DNA from: Nitrospirota bacterium
GTDB taxonomy: Bacteria; Nitrospirota; UBA9217
Direction of reading: 5' to 3'
Assembly (NCBI GenBank): GCA_963749655.1
Contig: CAVVOB010000001.1
Coordinates: 1-13,653, forward strand
Length of the DNA: 13,653 nucleotides
Part shown: positions 1-6,563 of the stretch, piece by piece
Numbering within the stretch: the stretch's first letter is position 1
Layout: every line of letters begins with the position of its first letter
Translations under genes and position numbers: made by a program
Notes under the pieces: generated by a model
The model's input: only the letters and a program-made list of their open reading frames with translations
Told to the model about the DNA's origin: nothing
The model's database searches: none

Positions 1-40
1 GCTCCATTGCCAACACTTGTTGCCGAAACCGTTTTCCTCT

Positions 41-70
41 TTGACAACGCGCCGCCGGTTCCATTATAAT
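41..70 (+). promoter_or_regulatory. sigma70-type promoter for the 130..387 gene
   Basis: Perfect TTGACA (41-46), an 18-nt spacer and perfect TATAAT (65-70), about 60 nt upstream of the ATG at 130. Confidence 0.8.
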
Positions 71-129
71 GGTGCCTCGTTCGTATTGTCGGCAGTCTGC
101 GGCAAGCCATCATTTCACGGGGAGGTCGT

Positions 130-387
130 ATGATTAATAATGTGTGGAATACAGTGATCGCAGTGGTCGCGATGCTCATCATGGGGGCAGGTTTGTGGGG
201 AGTTTACTCGCTCATCGTCAAACAGAACGCAACGATGGGGAGCAAGACACTGCAGCTGGTTTCAATCGTACTCGTCCTGCCTCTCATGCTGGCGCTCGGC
301 GCGATCGGCGTTCTCGGCCGCGAGACCATCGGCCCGATCATCGGCGTGATAATCGGATATGTGCTGGCCGGAGGGTGGAAGGACTAG
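130..387 (+). CDS. small integral membrane protein (85 aa, about 3 hydrophobic helices), function unknown
   Basis: GGAGG RBS at 121-125 before the ATG; hydrophobic segments VIAVVAMLIMGAGLWGVYSLI, LVSIVLVLPLMLALGAIGVL and IGPIIGVIIGYVLA; has its own consensus promoter. Confidence 0.8.
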   Translation: MINNVWNTVIAVVAMLIMGAGLWGVYSLIVKQNATMGSKTLQLVSIVLVLPLMLALGAIGVLGRETIGPIIGVIIGYVLAGGWKD

Positions 388-420
388 CTCCGCCCGGCAA
401 AACCATAGATTATCGGGAAC

Positions 421-446
421 GCCGCGGAGCATTCAATGGCCGCGGC
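421..446. terminator. possible hairpin between convergent genes
   Basis: GCCGCGG (421-427) and CCGCGGC (440-446) form an inverted repeat between the stops at 387 (+) and 451 (-). The U-tract is weak. Confidence 0.3.
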
Positions 447-450
447 TGCT

Positions 451-1719
451 TTACCCCTGCCGGTCCATCCGCTCCTTTGCGAGAAAAGGAATGGTCAGCA
501 TTCCCGGGATGGTCATCAGGCACACGATGATGAAGAACATCCTGTAGCCCGCCTGCTGCTGGATCCATCCGCTGGCAAAACCCGGAAGCATCATGCCGAG
601 GGCCATGATGCCCGTTGAAATGGCGTAGTGCGACGTCTTGTACCGGCTGTCCACGGAGTACATAAGGTAGACCGTGAACACGGTAAAGCCCAGCCCGTAG
701 CCGAATTGCTCAAGGGCGACGAGCGGGTACACAAAGCCGATGCCCGGCTGCGCATAAGCCATGAACACGAAAAAAAGATCGGGCAGGTGCATGGCGATCA
801 CCATGGGCCAGACGCAGCGCCTGAATCCGAACCGCGAGATGAGCCAGCCGCCCAGGATCCCTCCCGCTACCAGACAGATCACGCCGATTGTTCCGTAGAC
901 GATCCCCACATCTTGTGTTGAAAGCCCCAGCCCGCCCGCTTCGGTCTTGTCGAGAAGGAAGGGTGTAACCAGCTTGAGCAGCATGGCCTCGCCCAGGCGG
1001 TAGAGAAGAATGAAGGCGAGCGTCACGCCGATCTTGTCCTGCCTGAAATAGGCATTGATGACCTCGCCGAAGGAAGCTCCTGCTGCTCGTTCCCGTGCCG
1101 GGTTTCCCCGGTCCGCGGGCGGGAACGGGAGCATAAACTTATGATACAGCCACGCACTCGCGAAGATGAGGCCTGAGACGATCATTGCCGTCGACCAGCT
1201 CCAGGCGATGTCCCTGCTCGAGGTCTCGAGCATGCCTGCGAGATAAACCAGGGCGCCCGATCCGAAGATCATCGCCAGCCGGTAGAAGCCGGCCCGAAGC
1301 CCCACGAAGAGCGCCTGGTCCTTTTCCGTGAGCGCGAGCATGTAGAAGCCGTCCGTGGCGATGTCATAGGTCGCGGAGACGAAGGCTCCCGCGAAAAAGG
1401 CCGCAAGCGACAGGGCGAAGAACGAGTCCGTCCTGAGCGAGAATGCGACGAGGAACATGCAGAAGCTCATCGTTGCCTGGGTGGCGAGGATCCATTTCCG
1501 CTTGGTCGAGTACACGTCCACGAAAGGGCCCCAGAACATCTTGACGACCCAGGGCAGATAGAGCCAGCTCGTCCAGAAGGCGATGTGGGCGTTGTCGATG
1601 CCCATCCGCTTGTACAGGATCACCGAAACGGTGTTGATCAGGACGTAGGGGAGCCCCTCGGCGAAATAGAGCGTGGGAAGAAAAGACCAGGGGTTGCGGG
1701 AGAATGGGCGGTTGCTCAT
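451..1719 (-). CDS. ampG: AmpG-family MFS permease (muropeptide transporter-like), 422 aa
   Basis: About 12 hydrophobic helices with AmpG/PAT-family motifs LYFAEGLP, LPWVVKMFWGPFVD, SATYDIATDGFY, FILLYRLGEA, EQFGYGLG and HYAISTG. Confidence 0.85.
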   Translation of the reverse strand: MSNRPFSRNPWSFLPTLYFAEGLPYVLINTVSVILYKRMGIDNAHIAFWTSWLYLPWVVKMFWGPFVDVYSTKRKWILATQATMSFCMFLVAFSLRTDSFFALSLAAFFAGAFVSATYDIATDGFYMLALTEKDQALFVGLRAGFYRLAMIFGSGALVYLAGMLETSSRDIAWSWSTAMIVSGLIFASAWLYHKFMLPFPPADRGNPARERAAGASFGEVINAYFRQDKIGVTLAFILLYRLGEAMLLKLVTPFLLDKTEAGGLGLSTQDVGIVYGTIGVICLVAGGILGGWLISRFGFRRCVWPMVIAMHLPDLFFVFMAYAQPGIGFVYPLVALEQFGYGLGFTVFTVYLMYSVDSRYKTSHYAISTGIMALGMMLPGFASGWIQQQAGYRMFFIIVCLMTIPGMLTIPFLAKERMDRQG

Positions 1720-1746
1720 GCGAATAGCGCGGCATGTGAGAAGCGG

Positions 1747-2175
1747 TCAGGACGACTGTTTTCTCAAATACGCGAGGACCCCCTCCTTGTATCGTTCAAA
1801 ATCATCGAGATGCCGCCTCAGGATGGCGATCACGATCTCCACATCCACACGTTCATACTGATGAACGACGATGTTCCTGAATTTCGCCATCTTTTCCATG
1901 CTGTCGCAAAGGGCCGTGCCGATGATCCCGCTTTCCTTCAACACGCGAAACGTGTCGGCATAACCTGTCGGAGCTCTCATGCCGCCATCGGAAACTATAT
2001 GGCCTGCGATGTCCGCGCAGGTCTCGATGGTCATTTGAAGGGTGCGTTCCACGATGCGCTGTATCTTCCAGTCCCCCTGGTAGGCCTCAAGGGTTACCCC
2101 TGCATATTCCCGGACCTGTTTCAGATAGATCTCAAGTTCGGAGAGCTTTCTCAGAATGACCGTCTTATCAACCAA
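1747..2175 (-). CDS. hepT: DUF86/HepT-like HEPN ribonuclease toxin (142 aa), TTG start at 2175
   Basis: HEPN motif RNIVVHQY (R-X4-H-X-Y) and ERTLQMTIE..DIAGHI. GGAGG lies 7 nt before the TTG at 2175, and the start overlaps the upstream MNT stop by 8 nt. The ORF-track start at 2223 is probably too long. Confidence 0.88.
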   Translation of the reverse strand: MVDKTVILRKLSELEIYLKQVREYAGVTLEAYQGDWKIQRIVERTLQMTIETCADIAGHIVSDGGMRAPTGYADTFRVLKESGIIGTALCDSMEKMAKFRNIVVHQYERVDVEIVIAILRRHLDDFERYKEGVLAYLRKQSS

Positions 2176-2590
2176 TTCCGTACCTCCGCCCGAACAACGC
2201 CTCCTCTTTGACCCGAAAATCAAAGAACTCGCGAAAAATGAGCGACTCGTAGGCGTGGCGCCTGAACGGCTCCTTGTCCACGAGCAGCTGTTTATTTTGA
2301 AGGATCCTGCCGGCGATGCTGACCGGCGCCGTGTTCAGAACGACGAGGTCCACCTCCGCCGTCCCCAGGGCGTCCGTAATGTCGTCAAAGAGAGCAAGCT
2401 TGAAGTCTGCAAGACCGCGGTCGTCGTTTACATAAACCGCGATATCGACGTCGGAAAGGGGGCTCACCCGGCCTGCTGCCAGCCCGCCGAACAGGTATGC
2501 AAAAACGACTCTCGGGTTTTGCCTCAGCACCTCTCCGGCCAGGGGAATCCTCGACAGGATCCCGGGCGGAATTTTTTCGAATTTGATCAT
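2168..2590 (-). CDS. mntA: MntA-like minimal nucleotidyltransferase antitoxin (140 aa), ATG at 2590
   Basis: Pol-beta superfamily motif YLFGG-x10-DVD (G[GS]x10DxD) plus the VDLVVLN third-Asp strand; directly upstream of and overlapping a DUF86 gene. Confidence 0.88.
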   Translation of the reverse strand: MIKFEKIPPGILSRIPLAGEVLRQNPRVVFAYLFGGLAAGRVSPLSDVDIAVYVNDDRGLADFKLALFDDITDALGTAEVDLVVLNTAPVSIAGRILQNKQLLVDKEPFRRHAYESLIFREFFDFRVKEEALFGRRYGIG

Positions 2591-2596
2591 GGCATG

Positions 2597-2625
2597 ATTA
2601 TTCCTTAAAAAGGAGACGCTGTCAA
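2597..2625 (-). promoter_or_regulatory. sigma70-type promoter of the mntA-hepT operon, probably leaderless
   Basis: Minus strand TTGACA (2625-2620), 17 nt, AATAAT (2602-2597). The A of the ATG at 2590 is the 7th base after the -10 box. Confidence 0.65.
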
Positions 2626-2691
2626 ATGAAATAGCGGCGCCTCTTCGCTGTCGCACTGCAGAATGGTCTGCATGATGTCGTTCGAGACAGA

Positions 2692-2752
2692 GGGAGCCCC
2701 CGGCGAAATAGAGCGCGGGCAGGACCGGGGATTACGTGAGACGTCTATTGCT
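2692..2752 (-). pseudogene. decayed relic of the 5' end of an ampG allele
   Basis: 2692-2722 matches ampG 1649-1680 at 29/32 aligned positions, and 2723-2741 matches 1685-1703 at 15/19. It reads as S-RNP(R)S--LPALYFA-GLP with two small deletions. Confidence 0.75.
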
Positions 2753-2808
2753 TAATAGACTGGTATTCGCAGCCAGCCGGCTGCGGCAATGGGTAAGGAG
2801 AAAGGAGA

Positions 2809-3040
2809 ATGGAGTTGTCAGAAATATCGATCAAGAAGGTCCCCATGCCTACACCCATGAGAAATCCGGGTACTGCATTGTCAGGCGCTGGTCAGTCGCC
2901 CGAGATCAGAGTGCACTGCAAGCTATTCGAGGACATGATCCTGACGCAGGTCTGCGAACTCCGGAAAAAAACATTGAGAACCTTGAGTTTTTTCTTCCTG
3001 CGCTGGCTGCACGGTTCCCGCACGGCCGGGATACGGATAA
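2809..3040 (+). pseudogene. possible small Cys-rich protein, frameshifted in a T6 tract (alternatively a 122-aa ORF ending at 3177)
   Basis: AAGGAG at 2795-2800, 8 nt before ATG 2809. Removing one T from 2988-2993 joins VHCKLFEDMILTQVCELRK to SCAGCTVPARPGYG* (TAA 3038-3040), which ends just before the 3064-3089 hairpin. Confidence 0.4.
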
Positions 3041-3060
3041 ATCGCGAGAGGGCTCCTGTG

Positions 3061-3091
3061 AAAAAAGGCAGGGATCGCTCCCTGCCTTTGC
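3061..3091 (-). terminator. intrinsic terminator of the lipoprotein gene, possibly bidirectional; copy 1 of a repeated hairpin
   Basis: AAAGGCAGGGA-TCGC-TCCCTGCCTTT forms an 11-bp stem. A6 at 3061-3066 gives a U6 tail on the minus strand, about 30 nt after the stop at 3123. Confidence 0.8.
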
Positions 3092-3122
3092 TGTTGATGA
3101 TCCTTATACAGAATCGTTTATA

Positions 3123-4865
3123 TCAATTGCCCTTCGGCACTCTTTTCACGACTCCATTATCTTGTTCTGTCCAGTAAACGTGTGTTGCATCGACTGCCAA
3201 TCCTAAATAGAAACTGGAGCCTCCCAGACCTGATGCAAGAACGGTCGTAGGACCACCGTTGATACTGACCTTCATGAGACTCATAATACTATTGTTCTCT
3301 GATAAAACCTGAATTCCTATCCAATAAGCATATGACGAATCAACTACGACATTGTACACGTAAGTCGGCTCTGTCGTCAGAGTCGTCACTGTTCCGCCGT
3401 TGATACCGACCTTTTTGATATAGCCGGCATCCCCAAAATAGGCGCTCTCGGCATCAACCGCAAGACTTCGCACCTCGCCAGCTGATGCAAGAGTGGTTAC
3501 GGTACCTCCGTCTATGCCGACCTTGTTAATCGCGCTACCGTCCGCCCAATATACGCTTGTTGCATCAACAGCCATAGCATAAGCTGTTCCAGAGGCAATA
3601 TTCGTTGTTGAGCCGCCGTTCTTACTGACCTTATTGATACCGGCGTACTCCCAATAAACATTCGAGCTATCGATAGCGAGAGCGGAAGAGTTCGCATAAG
3701 CCGATGTAAGCGTTGTAATGTCGCCTCCATTGATCCCGACTTTTTTTACGCAATCTTCCACCCAATATACATTCGCCGAATCAACCGCTATGGTCCTTAC
3801 TGTCCATATGGACGCAAGTGTGGTGACGGTGCCGCCGTTTTTCGCAACTTTCTTTACTCCGCTCCCGTTGTCTATTATATAGACTGTAGTAGCATCTATT
3901 GCCAAGGCTATCGGCCAATCCAGGCCGGATGCAATAGTCTCCGGTGAAATAAGCGTGGTAAATGTTTTATCCTGACTGTAGAAGGTCAGCTCTTCCACCT
4001 GTACGGCCAGTCTGTAGTGATAGGTCGTGAGTTGCTGAAGACCTGATATCTGACCAATATGAGAACCGGAACCAGCGCCGCTCCAATCGGTGAATCCGCC
4101 TCCTTTGCTGCTGTAGGCCACAGTTGTTCCATAGTCGAACCAGACCTTCGCCTCAGATCCGAAAGGATTGGTATACGAACCGGACAGGTATGAGGAAACA
4201 TCGCTGATTCCCGCGGCATCACCCGTTACCGGAGCCATGGTTTCATTGATGACGAAATTCACCCCTTCGACATTGGAATCGGCAACGGTGACCGTTGTCG
4301 ATTCCGGCGTAAAGGTGCAGCCGGAACTGCACGAGGGCGTTATGATATAGGTTCCGTTCAAAAGGCCGTCCACTGCATAAGCGCCGCCTGCGTCGGTCCT
4401 CGACGTCCCCTCTGTAGACGAACCCTGGGAAACGATCAGGGTGACACCCGCGACCGTCGCTCCTTCTGCAGTAGCGACCGTGCCGGAAACTGTGTGGATT
4501 CTCGTTGCCGTAAAATCCTGGCCCGACGCCGTTCCGCTGAATACGACGGTTCTCTGCGAAGGCGAAAAATCATAACCCGCCATCGCCGGCTGAATGGTCA
4601 CCGATCCGGCATCCAGCGCAGCAAGATCGTTCACCTGCACGCGAAAGTTACCGTCTGCATCGGAAATCCCTGTGTCCGTGCCGTAGTGACGGCTGACCGA
4701 TATAGTGGCTCCTGTCAGGCCGGCGCCGTCAGTGGTTGTAATTTTGCCCGAAATTACGCTCTCGCCGAAGAACTTGTTGTTGTTCGAGCCTTTACAGCTC
4801 ATGTTCCCGATGACGAGAGCGGCAAAGAGAAGAGATATACAAATCCGGGTCAAGGGCCTTTTCAT
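3123..4865 (-). CDS. putative surface lipoprotein (580 aa): two carboxypeptidase-regulatory-like/Cna-B beta-sandwiches, an FN3-like domain and a 7-bladed beta-propeller (DUF5050/YWTD-like)
   Basis: AAGGAG 6 nt before ATG 4865; signal MKRPLTRICISLLFAALVIGNMS-C with an atypical lipobox; two SG.(I/V).T..G....G.T repeats; VWFDYGTT...ISGLQQLTTYHYRL; seven ~37-aa repeats like LAVD...VYW....I.KV..NGG..TTL. Confidence 0.85.
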   Translation of the reverse strand: MKRPLTRICISLLFAALVIGNMSCKGSNNNKFFGESVISGKITTTDGAGLTGATISVSRHYGTDTGISDADGNFRVQVNDLAALDAGSVTIQPAMAGYDFSPSQRTVVFSGTASGQDFTATRIHTVSGTVATAEGATVAGVTLIVSQGSSTEGTSRTDAGGAYAVDGLLNGTYIITPSCSSGCTFTPESTTVTVADSNVEGVNFVINETMAPVTGDAAGISDVSSYLSGSYTNPFGSEAKVWFDYGTTVAYSSKGGGFTDWSGAGSGSHIGQISGLQQLTTYHYRLAVQVEELTFYSQDKTFTTLISPETIASGLDWPIALAIDATTVYIIDNGSGVKKVAKNGGTVTTLASIWTVRTIAVDSANVYWVEDCVKKVGINGGDITTLTSAYANSSALAIDSSNVYWEYAGINKVSKNGGSTTNIASGTAYAMAVDATSVYWADGSAINKVGIDGGTVTTLASAGEVRSLAVDAESAYFGDAGYIKKVGINGGTVTTLTTEPTYVYNVVVDSSYAYWIGIQVLSENNSIMSLMKVSINGGPTTVLASGLGGSSFYLGLAVDATHVYWTEQDNGVVKRVPKGN

Positions 4866-4969
4866 ATTCGTCTCCTTGTAGAGGACTATTGAAGTAGGGC
4901 TTTCTTCAAAATTACTACCCGTCAGTACTGCGTTCACTTGTTCTTGTTATCGATCTTGCAATCGCAAGA

Positions 4970-5614
4970 TCAGAAATGGTAAGCAGCTCCCAGCCGTAAG
5001 CTGAACTCGTCGCCGCTCACGTCATTCGTGATGCCGCCGCTTTCATTGACACCCGATGCCTTGTTATAGGACACCTTACGATAGGAAAAACCGAACCCAA
5101 GCGATACGACGTCGCTCACGTAATGATCAAAACCCGCCCCCACACCGAACCCGTAGCCGTCGAGCTGTGCGTCGCCGCTTCGTCCCGTTGATACGTTAAG
5201 CGCCCCGCCTTTGAGCACGAGGGTATTTCTGCCGATGCCTGCAGATAGGTAAGGTTGCGTCGCTTCAGACGACAAAAAGCTGTACTTGAAATCCGCATAC
5301 ACTGCACTGCGATTCACATCGCCTTTGAGACCCTCCCAGGTTCCATCATGAGTTGAGACTTCGTAACTCAACGCAAACGCCGCTTGCGGCGTTACCCCGT
5401 AGCCCGCGACAACGCCGATCCCGAAGGCCCCGCTGATCTTGGGAAAGATGATTATTTCGGACTGGCCGGTCAAGCCCGCATCACCTTTGAAGTCGCCTTG
5501 AATTTCCGTATACGGCACGTCGATTCCGAAAAAGAATCCTTGTTTTGCAGCAACATTCTGAGTCAGCCCAAGCGTAGTCCATGCAACGATGAAAGCAAGT
5601 AGGAGCTTTTTCAT
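4970..5614 (-). CDS. outer-membrane beta-barrel protein (OmpA-like/OMP_b-brl type), 214 aa
   Basis: Sec signal MKKLLLAFIVAWTTLGLTQNVAA; alternating beta-strands; QPYLSAGIG; GFGVGAGFDHYV; C-terminal LGAAYHF beta-signal; GGAGG RBS. Confidence 0.88.
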   Translation of the reverse strand: MKKLLLAFIVAWTTLGLTQNVAAKQGFFFGIDVPYTEIQGDFKGDAGLTGQSEIIIFPKISGAFGIGVVAGYGVTPQAAFALSYEVSTHDGTWEGLKGDVNRSAVYADFKYSFLSSEATQPYLSAGIGRNTLVLKGGALNVSTGRSGDAQLDGYGFGVGAGFDHYVSDVVSLGFGFSYRKVSYNKASGVNESGGITNDVSGDEFSLRLGAAYHF

Positions 5615-5908
5615 TTACCCTCCCTGGATATTTTTTTTACAAGCTAGCCAGTCAAGGTTCAACTATGTACCTAATAAAAGTTAGATACTTCTCTAGATGA
5701 TTTCTTTTTTGCGGAAACTGGCAGAAGTGAAAATGAAGAAGAAAATGGTACCATGACGCCGCAAGCTTGATGTGCATGTCCCCCCAGAGCATGCGCGCGT
5801 CCTTTATGGCATAACGTCAATACCCTGAAAATACCCCGGCAGGTGAATAATACCCATGTGCAATTCGGCAATCTGTTGATTTTGCGGTTAAGGAAAGGGG
5901 ATGAGTAT

Positions 5909-5944
5909 ACGGCAAAGGCAGGGAAAATTCCCTGCCTTTGCCGT
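5909..5944. repeat. perfect 16-bp-stem hairpin, terminator/REP-like; copy 2 of the repeated hairpin
   Basis: ACGGCAAAGGCAGGGA-AAAT-TCCCTGCCTTTGCCGT lies 25 nt after the stop at 5970. Its core is identical to 3064-3091 except for the 4-nt loop. Confidence 0.8.
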
Positions 5945-5969
5945 CCAATTTACATTTTTCATTGCAACG

Positions 5970-6425
5970 CTACTTCTCCGACTGTACTTCCTTCTTCGCG
6001 TCCGCCTTCGGAGGCTCGGCCTTCACCAGATCGAGCGTCTTCTTGGCGTCGGGGATCAACGCGCTGTCGGGGTGCTGCTTCATGAACTCCTGCAGCTCGG
6101 CAACGGCGCCTGCCGCGTCGCCCTTTGCGGCAAGGTCGATGCCCTTCCTGAACTCAGCCAGCTCGTCTTCGGTCACCGGCTCCTCGCCGCCCTTCCCTTT
6201 CCAGTAAAGCCTGGCCTGTGAACTTTCCCTGGCGCCGCGCACGCCGGCGACGCTCGTGGACGTCTGAATGGACTTTTTCGGCACGAGCTGGGCGATCTTG
6301 TGCTGGATCGACTTGAGCCATTCCGAGATCCGCGGCCCCTGTTTCTCCTGTCCGCTCTCCTGCGCAAAAGCCGACGTCATGCTGAAGCCGATCACCGCCA
6401 GAATTACGAGCACTCTTTTGATCAT
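5970..6425 (-). CDS. secreted 151-aa protein with a VAGVRG motif and a C-terminal single TPR-like helical pair (CpoB/BamD-like)
   Basis: AAGGAGG 6 nt before ATG 6425; signal peptide ending in SAFA; TSTSVAGVRGA; FRKGIDLAAKGDAAGAVAELQEFMKQHPDSALIPDAKKTL resembles the 'F...yP.S....A' TPR type. Confidence 0.8.
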   Translation of the reverse strand: MIKRVLVILAVIGFSMTSAFAQESGQEKQGPRISEWLKSIQHKIAQLVPKKSIQTSTSVAGVRGARESSQARLYWKGKGGEEPVTEDELAEFRKGIDLAAKGDAAGAVAELQEFMKQHPDSALIPDAKKTLDLVKAEPPKADAKKEVQSEK

Positions 6426-6504
6426 GGCATGCCTCCTTGGAAGTATTGAAGCAATGAACACAGTTCAGACAGAAAAGAACAGCAACATTCTTTACGCGAT
6501 TTTT

Positions 6505-6533
6505 TCTGCGCGCTCTGCGTCCTCTGCGGGTAA
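6505..6533. repeat. three-unit 9-bp-period (C)TCTGCG intergenic repeat, REP-like half element
   Basis: TCTGCG at 6505, CTCTGCG at 6513 and CTCTGCG at 6522, followed by GGTAA. Confidence 0.55.
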
Positions 6534-6563
6534 ACAGTCTTTGACGTTCCCAACTCTCTGCTG

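Noticed and set aside
410-437. Second sigma28-like -10 box (CCCGATAA, minus strand)
   Set aside because: There is no TAAA at a 15-16 nt spacing.
144-2608. Other overlapping ORFs on opposite or alternative frames across ampG and the TA genes
   Set aside because: They are shadow frames of well-supported genes, with no motifs or RBS.
2736-3206. 156-aa plus-strand ORF, and the full 122-aa version of 2809..3177
   Set aside because: Both run through the 3064-3089 hairpin and overlap the convergent lipoprotein gene. The 2736 start has no RBS.
4952-4971. Hairpin GATCTTGC-AATC-GCAAGATC at the barrel gene stop as a terminator
   Set aside because: It has no U-tract on the minus strand. At most it is a pause or stability hairpin within the two-gene unit.
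3064-5944. Twin hairpins as CRISPR repeats or integron attC sites
   Set aside because: There are only two copies 2.85 kb apart, no spacers or cas genes, no RYYYAAC/GTTRRRY boxes and no integrase.
2582-6431. 15-bp exact repeat TTTGATCATGGCATG at 2582-2596 and 6417-6431, both spanning M-I-K start codons
   Set aside because: A rough expectation for one 15-mer match in this window is about 0.1, and the shared start codons add bias. There is no other support for an att site.
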